Both the position numbers and the translations under genes were made by a program. A stretch of DNA of 11,970 nucleotides from Fidelibacterota bacterium. GTDB taxonomy: Bacteria; Fidelibacterota; Marinisomatia; Marinisomatales; S15-B10. This document shows, one piece after another, positions 1 through 6,359 of this stretch. Every line of letters begins with the position of its first letter. Position 1 is the first letter of the stretch. The notes below the pieces were generated by a model, which searched no databases, was not told the origin of the DNA, and was given only the letters and a program-made list of their open reading frames with translations. Location of the stretch: contig PBTS01000006.1 of assembly GCA_002729175.1 (NCBI GenBank), positions 1 to 11,970 of the forward strand, read 5' to 3'.

Positions 1-146
1 TCTTTCCACCGGGTCTGTAGTACAGAATCATAGTCCGGATTATAAAAATCGATTTCCAGAGCATGGACCTTGTAAGGGTCAAACAGCTCTTGGGCCACAA
101 GAAGACTGCTCAGAAAATGAATCGTTAGTAAAACGTTAGTTTTCAC
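1..146 (-). CDS. 5' end of a secreted protein, probably CotH kinase family (partial, runs off the left edge)
   Basis: Not in the ORF track. Manual translation from GTG at 146 is open to the edge: MKTNVLLTIHFLSSLLVA|QELFDPYKVHALEIDFYNPDYDSVLQTRWK. It has a Sec-type signal peptide, then an LFD-x3-V-x2-L-x-I-x-F-x3-D-Y-x3-L pattern resembling the start of CotH-family domains. It lies directly downstream of a lamin-tail gene, a frequent CotH partner. The CDS is well supported, the family call less so. Confidence 0.65.
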   Translation of the reverse strand, partial: MKTNVLLTIHFLSSLLVAQELFDPYKVHALEIDFYNPDYDSVLQTRWK

Positions 147-219
147 GTGGTGTTGACTGTTTCCATGTGCTACCAATTGACAAACCCCGGTTGGTGGCTT
201 GGGTTGGCTTAGAGTTAAA

Positions 220-1023
220 CTATTTCAAAAGCAGCATCTTGAGGGTGTGGGTAAACTCCCCAGCCTCCATCCGGTAAAGATAAACACCTCCACTAACAGG
301 TGTTCCGGAAATGTCTGTTCCATTCCACCTAGCATTGTGGATACCAGCGTTTTGGGGTTGATTTACAATTGTCTTTATTTGTTTACCAAGTATATCGTAT
401 ACAACAAGGGTAACCATTGTTTCCTCCGGCAAGATATAAGTCAATGTGGTTTGAGGGTTGAACGGGTTGGGGTAATTCTGCTCCAACGCTATGGTTGAAG
501 GTAAGTTTATTTGCTCGTTAATTGCCGCACTTCCGTTTGTTGTCCCCGGTGTTGGCTTTGTAAATGTTGCCCAAGTCTCACTGCCATCAGGGTTTCTCCC
601 TTGGGAAACATCAGTAGTTTGAGCATCAAACGTGAGCGTGTCAACAACTGTGGATCCATCAGAAGCATAAAGGCCAATCTGTTCTCCATCACCGCTCAGC
701 TTAATCTCCACATGTAAAATCCCTTGTTCCGACTCGTTATCCGCCCACAGAACAAGAAAGCCGCCCGGGTCAATGGTTGTTGAATCCGGTGCGGTTGTTG
801 GAATCTGCCACTCTGTTGTTTTAGACAGATCATCGGTGATATACATCCCGCCAATATCCACACTGGCTGAACCACCATTGTAAATTTCGATAAAATCGTC
901 GTATTCTCCGTTCTCATCCATACAGCAGGCATCATTTTTGGCTAAATATTCGTTAATGTAAATATTTTGGCCGAACAGTGGGACAGCGGACAAAATAATT
1001 AAGGTTTTTAGAGCTTTTTTCAT
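220..1023 (-). CDS. Secreted lamin tail domain (LTD) protein with a C-terminal Por/T9SS type A sorting-like (FlgD Ig-like) domain
   Basis: Signal peptide MKKALKTLIILSAVPLFG|Q. LTD motifs IYINEYLAKN, DDFIEIYN, VDIGGMYITDD, IDPGGFLVLWAD, LSGDGEQIGL and PTPG. The C-terminal domain has LEQNYPNPFNP, VYDILGKQIKT, WNGTD, SGGVYLYRM and ends KMLLLK. Strong SD upstream. Confidence 0.88.
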   Translation of the reverse strand: MKKALKTLIILSAVPLFGQNIYINEYLAKNDACCMDENGEYDDFIEIYNGGSASVDIGGMYITDDLSKTTEWQIPTTAPDSTTIDPGGFLVLWADNESEQGILHVEIKLSGDGEQIGLYASDGSTVVDTLTFDAQTTDVSQGRNPDGSETWATFTKPTPGTTNGSAAINEQINLPSTIALEQNYPNPFNPQTTLTYILPEETMVTLVVYDILGKQIKTIVNQPQNAGIHNARWNGTDISGTPVSGGVYLYRMEAGEFTHTLKMLLLK

Positions 1024-1027
1024 TTTC

Positions 1028-1035
1028 CCTCCTCC
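1028..1035 (-). promoter_or_regulatory. Shine-Dalgarno sequence of the LTD gene
   Basis: The minus strand reads GGAGGAGGGAAAATG, with two overlapping GGAGG motifs 7 and 4 nt before the ATG at 1023. Confidence 0.75.
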
Positions 1036-1147
1036 ATAATCTTTACTAAAACAATTTAAAAGAGATCGTTCGGCTTTTCTATTCTCAATTTTTCTTTAGT
1101 CTCCTGCAATGTGATCGTACAGTGCTCTGAATCCCCCTATTCAATTG

Positions 1148-2908
1148 TTAAGCTTTATTTGTCTCCTCGTGAATTTCTAGCAAGGTTGACGCAATGAGTT
1201 CTATAAAAGTATTAATTTGCTTAAGCATGTCCATCAACTCTATGTGGAGCTGGTGGGTTGCTACGGACTCAGCGACTTCTCCTCTCATACGTTTAAAGTG
1301 TTCCAATCGATATTTTTCTTCCAGATCTTTATATTTTTCCCCTTTAACCATAATTTTTTCAGCTTTGGTACGATCAAACTTTGTGAAAAATTTATTTAGC
1401 CGCTTGATTTGCTTAACCAGCTTTGTATGGTACTTCACAATTTGAAGTTGTCCTGCATCAGAAAAACTTTCTTCAAGGCCTTCTTTTTTTCCCACCAGGT
1501 TGTCAAAATGTATTTTCACACTATTACTAATTAAGTTTATATAATTCACTGTAGAAACTAGGGCGAAAACCTCTTCCATTTGATTTTGATTTAGATCTCC
1601 GCGGCTTGTTTTCAATAAATAATCTGTAATGTGTTTATTTATATAATCAATCTTATCCAGGCGTTGGTGGAGACCAGTCTTCAATTCCTGATCGGGGTTT
1701 TCTACATCAACATGGTCTTCGTCACCCACAAAAGGTCGAACCAATGAGCCGACCACCCTTTCCATAAGCCCCACAACACCACGAATCTCAGCCAGTGCGT
1801 TGTTTATAGCTGCTCCCGGTTGGTTTAGAACCTTCTCATCCAGGTTTAATATTGCCGGCTGTTCAATGTTGCGTCTTTCTTCTTTGTCTGGGAAAAAACG
1901 GACAATCGTTTTTGCAACAAGTGTCGTAGCTGGAATAAAAATGAGAGTGGCTATAATGTTAAAAATGGTGTGGGCGTTAGCAATTTGCCGGGGAATGTTG
2001 TCAGAGGTCTGAGCCATAAGGTCCGCAAAATATGGGACCCAAAAACAAAACAATAAAACACCAACCACATTAAATACTACGTGGCCAATAGCTACCCGCT
2101 TTGCATCCCGTGTGGCATTGAGCCCGGCCAACAGTGCTGTGATACAGGTTCCAATATTCGCCCCTAAGATCAAAGGTATGCCCGCTTCCAGTGAGATGGA
2201 TCCTCCACTGGCTAGGGTAATAACAATTCCTGTTGTGGCACTGCTACTCTGTACCAATGCTGTAAAAATTGCCCCTGCTATTATTCCTAATAATGGGTTC
2301 TCAAAACTGGTAAGTATGGTGTTGAAGGTGGGGTCGGTGCGTAGCGGCCTCATTGTATCTGACATAACCTTCATTCCATAAAACAGAAGCCCAAATCCCA
2401 GAATAACAAACCCCAAGTGTTTCGCCGTCTCTTTTTTAGAAAAGAGGGTCATAACTGACCCAGCAGCAATTAGCAATAAAGCATAGTCTGTCACTTTAAA
2501 AGCAACGATCTGGGCTGTAACAGTACTACCAATATTAGACCCCAACACAACCCCCAATGCCTGGGCAAAGCTGAGCAAACCAGAATTAACAAAACTTACC
2601 AGCATTACAGTTGTTGCGCTGCTGCTCTGGATTACCATTGTAACAAAGGCTCCAACAAAAACAGCAATGAAGCGGTTGGAGGTAAGTTTTTCCAAAATTC
2701 TTCGCATGCTGTTCCCGGCAGTCATTTTCATGCCGTCGCTCATCATTTCCATGCCATAAAGAAACATTCCTAAACCACCCAGCAGGCCTGTGCCCAATAA
2801 AAAGAAAGAAATCTCTTTGGCAGCGTCTGAACTAGCTGCATAAAGGTTCTCAACCAGCAGAAAGAAAAGGAAAAATGGAATTGCTCGTTTGGCTTTATTC
2901 AAATTCAT
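1148..2908 (-). CDS. Na+/phosphate cotransporter family protein (NptA/YjbB, SLC34-like) with C-terminal PhoU-like helical region
   Basis: Two QSSSATT signature repeats followed by LGSNIGST and LGANIGTC. Other motifs are GGLGMFLYGM, GFGLLFYGM and RQIANAHTIFN. There are multiple hydrophobic segments and a soluble helical C-terminal third (DKIDYINKHITDYL, EEKYRLEHFKRM, HIELMDMLKQIN). Confidence 0.93.
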   Translation of the reverse strand: MNLNKAKRAIPFFLFFLLVENLYAASSDAAKEISFFLLGTGLLGGLGMFLYGMEMMSDGMKMTAGNSMRRILEKLTSNRFIAVFVGAFVTMVIQSSSATTVMLVSFVNSGLLSFAQALGVVLGSNIGSTVTAQIVAFKVTDYALLLIAAGSVMTLFSKKETAKHLGFVILGFGLLFYGMKVMSDTMRPLRTDPTFNTILTSFENPLLGIIAGAIFTALVQSSSATTGIVITLASGGSISLEAGIPLILGANIGTCITALLAGLNATRDAKRVAIGHVVFNVVGVLLFCFWVPYFADLMAQTSDNIPRQIANAHTIFNIIATLIFIPATTLVAKTIVRFFPDKEERRNIEQPAILNLDEKVLNQPGAAINNALAEIRGVVGLMERVVGSLVRPFVGDEDHVDVENPDQELKTGLHQRLDKIDYINKHITDYLLKTSRGDLNQNQMEEVFALVSTVNYINLISNSVKIHFDNLVGKKEGLEESFSDAGQLQIVKYHTKLVKQIKRLNKFFTKFDRTKAEKIMVKGEKYKDLEEKYRLEHFKRMRGEVAESVATHQLHIELMDMLKQINTFIELIASTLLEIHEETNKA

Positions 2909-2930
2909 AATGTTTCACAATTTGGCTCTA

Positions 2931-3887
2931 TTAGCGGGTAATGGGCAAATAGTGCCGGTCAAACCCAACGGCGCCAAAAACACCGATACCGCCCAGGATG
3001 CCGAAGCTTCGTCCAGAGCCTCCCTGACCCAAGAACAGGCTGGAAAACTCCTGGTCCGCTTCTGGATCACCATATTTTAGGAAATAATTGTGATAATTAC
3101 TGTCCATGCTCATGAGGTTGATTAGCAAGAAGTCTTCTGTTTCATAATCGTTTGTTTCCCCAATGCTAACAGCACCCTCACAAATGTCCCGACGGTAGGT
3201 CCAGACGGTGTCACCCGGGCTAACTACCAACTCCTGCCAGAAGCCACAACTGTCATATATCTTCCCTTCTTCAGTGTCATAATCTTCATAAAAAAAATAG
3301 CTTTGGTAATTGTTTACATTCGCTAACTGATAGTTATCCGGCTGTGCTGCCCAAGTAATATTCATTGTCTGGTTGATATTAAAACTGTCGGGTAGTTGCG
3401 CTTTGTTAAGCTGGGGTAGGGGCGGGACCATGGTTTCTCCGGTAGCAGTGAATCCGCCGGGTGTGGTTACGGTAAGGGTCCATTTTTCTCCCGGTTGCGG
3501 ATTCAGGTCTCCTCCATTATAAACATATGCCTCAGACAGATTCTCCCTTCCATCGTCCTCCACGCTCTTCATGAGCTGGAAGGCGTAATCCTTTGTACCG
3601 TTACTCACTGTTACATGGGCGTCTCGTACCACAAACCGTGACGCATAATAAGGGACCACATTACCAAAAATGGTGTCCCTCATAAGGGTGTCGACAGCCT
3701 CGTCCACCCGGAGAGTCCGGTGAACTCGTACAAAACTGGTTACCAAGGTATCCCCAGAAAGAATGCCCATAATATTAAGCTCAGGTTCATAGTCCGCCTT
3801 CACGTCTTCCCATTCCAACTCGGGAGAAAAGTCTGCAACGCAGGCCCAAAACAAAAGAAACAGACAACTGATTTTATATGGGCGCAT
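2931..3887 (-). CDS. Lipoprotein, DUF4249-like partner of the TonB-dependent receptor
   Basis: Lipoprotein signal MRPYKISCLFLLFWA|C. Motifs VRDAHVTVSNG, PQPGEKWTLTVTTPGG-x3-TGETMVP and C-terminal ILGGIGVFGA are typical of DUF4249 proteins encoded downstream of TBDRs. ATG at 3887 overlaps the receptor stop (TGATG). TTG at 3890 is an alternative start. Confidence 0.78.
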   Translation of the reverse strand: MRPYKISCLFLLFWACVADFSPELEWEDVKADYEPELNIMGILSGDTLVTSFVRVHRTLRVDEAVDTLMRDTIFGNVVPYYASRFVVRDAHVTVSNGTKDYAFQLMKSVEDDGRENLSEAYVYNGGDLNPQPGEKWTLTVTTPGGFTATGETMVPPLPQLNKAQLPDSFNINQTMNITWAAQPDNYQLANVNNYQSYFFYEDYDTEEGKIYDSCGFWQELVVSPGDTVWTYRRDICEGAVSIGETNDYETEDFLLINLMSMDSNYHNYFLKYGDPEADQEFSSLFLGQGGSGRSFGILGGIGVFGAVGFDRHYLPITR

Positions 3888-6322
3888 CAAAATTCTATCC
3901 TGTAGCCGAAGGTGAGGAAAAAGGGGAACATGGGTACGGCTGCTCGCTCCAGTCCAAGTCTTTCTCCTGTCAGTCTGTTGGTTTTGTTTCTGTACTGGTA
4001 GGTAAGTGCGTTCACACGGTTCGTTACATTCACCAATTGGATGAACCTCTCATAAGGAAAACTGAAAAACAGTTTTTTCTGCTTAAGGCCTATGTCCAAC
4101 CGAAAATAGGTGGGGAGTCGATCCGAGTTTTTTCTGCCCACCAGATTGTTTTCGTAATACCCCCAGTAAGGCATATAAGCATCGTGTGAGGTGTTCCACT
4201 TTTCGTAGCGGCCCAAAGGCGGCGTAAAAGGCTGGCCGCTTGATGCCTGCAAGGCCGTACTGAAATACGTTTCCCTGATTATGGGTATGGCCACGTCTCC
4301 CACAAGATTCAAGGTGTGTTTTCGATCATATTTTGGGTAATACCAACCATGTTTATCAATATGGCGTTTCGTTTCGGCATAAGTGTAGCCTACCCAACCA
4401 CGAACCCGGCCTGCCGTCTTTTTGAATAGCAGCTCAAGACCATAGGCATAAGCCCGTGTTTCGTCAAACTCGTTGAAAGGTGTAAAGCGTAATTGGTCTG
4501 TCTCTTCAGTAAAAAGTTCGCCCTGTTTCAGGGTGATGAGGTTTTCAAAATGCTTGTAATAGGTTTCTGCCCGAAATAGCCAATTTTTTCCCGACAGGTA
4601 TTCCACACCCAATATGGCGTGGTCTGAATACGTGGCGGGTTGGTCAGCAGGTAGACCAAGCCAGAAGTCAATAATACGCAGAGTTTCGTCCTCCGGGTTG
4701 GCAATGGTAAGAAATTGGTGGTAGCGTCCCAGGGCTAGTTTTAATGAAAGGTCCTGACGTAAAAGATATTTCAGGCCAAACCTAGGGTCAAAATAAAGCT
4801 CCTTATGGAGAGAGTAATCCATAAGGCGGCCACCAATCTGCAAGGCAAGTTTGGAGGAGACATCCCATTTGTCCTGAACAAAAAGAGCTGTTTCCACCGT
4901 CTGGTCTTCCATGTTAAGGGGGTTGAGAAAAAGGGTGGTGTCAAGATTCGAATACTCAAACTCCATACCAAGGCTATAGTTAACCCGCTTCAGTTGTGCC
5001 CCACCCATAAGCTGGTGATTGGCTATCCCGTGCCAAGACAGTTCGGTCTCCAATGTTCTGTCTTCAATTATATCAAAAAAATCGAAGGAAAACTGGTCTC
5101 CATAGGTCCCCGTCTCGCTCTCCATGCGCCAATCCCCTTCCTCCCGAATAGTCATATCAAAATGGAACCTGTACCGGCTGTTTGCTACAAAAGTTCGGGC
5201 AACCAGTTTTGGGTTTACCAGCCACCGCCAAGTAAGGCTGTTGGTGTGATTCCCCCAGGGCCACTCTATCTTGAATCTTGACTTTCTATTCTCATAATAG
5301 TCTGAATACACATCATATTCCTCTTCGTTGCTAGAGACGTTTATCTCTAGAACATCGTCTCCGTAAAACCGGCTGTAGGTGAGGCGGTGATCGGGGTTTA
5401 AATCCAAGTTTACCTTTATCTGATAGTCATAGAAATAGTAGGGAAACTTGGCTTCTTTTCCGGCCCCGCTCGATCGTAGGATAGCATTTATTATCTGGTC
5501 AAAATAGGTTCGTCTTCCCGCAACCATCCAGGACCCCTTCATCTTCATAATTTTTGGTGTTGGCCCTTCCATTAATATTTTACTGGAAACGAGAGAGATG
5601 TTTGCATTCCCTTGAAACTTTTCAGTATTTCCTTCCCGGTTTATGACGTTCAAAATCGCCCCCATTCGTCCCCCGTACCGAGCTGGGAAACCGCCGGCGT
5701 GGAAGTCTGCCTCTTTTATTGCGTCTGTATTAAACGTGGAAAAGATACCGCCCAAATGATAAGGATTATAAATGGTGATGCCATCCATCATAATCAAGTT
5801 CTGATCCGGCGTGCTGCCACGTACGTAAAGTGCGCTGGAAAAATCGTTAAGTGTTTGCACACCGGGAAGCATCTGAACGGTTCGGAATAAGTCCGGCTCA
5901 ACAAAAGCTGGGGCTGTTTCCAAAGTCCGCATATCCAGTGTTACACGGCTTGGCTCTACCAGTTGGCGCATTTTCTGCGCTTCACCAAACACGTCAATTG
6001 TTTCTCCCTCAAGAACCGTCCGGTTCAGCCGGAAGTCCAAACGAAGCTCTTGGCCAGCTTGTACCGTTACCTCTTTTTTCACCATCCCATAACCAATGAT
6101 GGAGGCCACCACTTCCTTTGTTCCTGCCGGAAAATTGGCGAGTACATAATAGCCGTCAATATTTGCGGCTGAACCTGTGTTGGATCCTTTTACGAAAACA
6201 TTGGTGTAAGCCAGTGGCTCGCCGGAAGCATCATCACGGACAAAACCACCAATGGTGGCGGCTTCCTGGGAAAAAACAACAGAAGTCAAAATGAAAAAAA
6301 GAGTTAGATCACGTTTTTTCAC
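3887..6322 (-). CDS. TonB-dependent outer membrane receptor with N-terminal CarboxypepD_reg-like domain
   Basis: GTG start and signal peptide ending VFS|Q. N-domain IGGFVRDDASGEPL...GYYVL...IGY. Plug motifs DLFRTVQMLPGV, LYVRGSTPDQNLIMMDGITIYNPYH and GGFPARYGGRMGAILNV. Barrel motifs AYGLELL, GWVGYTY, YDRKHTLNL and RLPTYFRLDI. It ends GYRIEF with the terminal Phe typical of outer-membrane beta-barrels. Confidence 0.93.
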   Translation of the reverse strand: MKKRDLTLFFILTSVVFSQEAATIGGFVRDDASGEPLAYTNVFVKGSNTGSAANIDGYYVLANFPAGTKEVVASIIGYGMVKKEVTVQAGQELRLDFRLNRTVLEGETIDVFGEAQKMRQLVEPSRVTLDMRTLETAPAFVEPDLFRTVQMLPGVQTLNDFSSALYVRGSTPDQNLIMMDGITIYNPYHLGGIFSTFNTDAIKEADFHAGGFPARYGGRMGAILNVINREGNTEKFQGNANISLVSSKILMEGPTPKIMKMKGSWMVAGRRTYFDQIINAILRSSGAGKEAKFPYYFYDYQIKVNLDLNPDHRLTYSRFYGDDVLEINVSSNEEEYDVYSDYYENRKSRFKIEWPWGNHTNSLTWRWLVNPKLVARTFVANSRYRFHFDMTIREEGDWRMESETGTYGDQFSFDFFDIIEDRTLETELSWHGIANHQLMGGAQLKRVNYSLGMEFEYSNLDTTLFLNPLNMEDQTVETALFVQDKWDVSSKLALQIGGRLMDYSLHKELYFDPRFGLKYLLRQDLSLKLALGRYHQFLTIANPEDETLRIIDFWLGLPADQPATYSDHAILGVEYLSGKNWLFRAETYYKHFENLITLKQGELFTEETDQLRFTPFNEFDETRAYAYGLELLFKKTAGRVRGWVGYTYAETKRHIDKHGWYYPKYDRKHTLNLVGDVAIPIIRETYFSTALQASSGQPFTPPLGRYEKWNTSHDAYMPYWGYYENNLVGRKNSDRLPTYFRLDIGLKQKKLFFSFPYERFIQLVNVTNRVNALTYQYRNKTNRLTGERLGLERAAVPMFPFFLTFGYRIEF

Positions 6323-6359
6323 GGCCTCTGTTTGGGTTAAAGCTTTAGCTTTTTCTCAG

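Noticed and set aside
147..219. Imperfect hairpin (GCCACCAA...TTGGTAGC on the minus strand) and AAGCCA repeats between the LTD and CotH-like genes
   Set aside because: The stem is mismatched with a large loop and no U-tract, which is insufficient to call a terminator or ncRNA.
1061..1089. Possible sigma70-like promoter elements in the 1024-1147 gap upstream of the LTD gene (for example TTGAGA and TTGCAG hexamers on the minus strand)
   Set aside because: There is no well-matched -10 element at the correct spacing, and the promoter consensus of this lineage is unknown.
2909..2960. Pho box upstream of the Na/Pi cotransporter
   Set aside because: The gap is only 22 nt and no CTGTCAT-type 11-bp direct repeat is visible.
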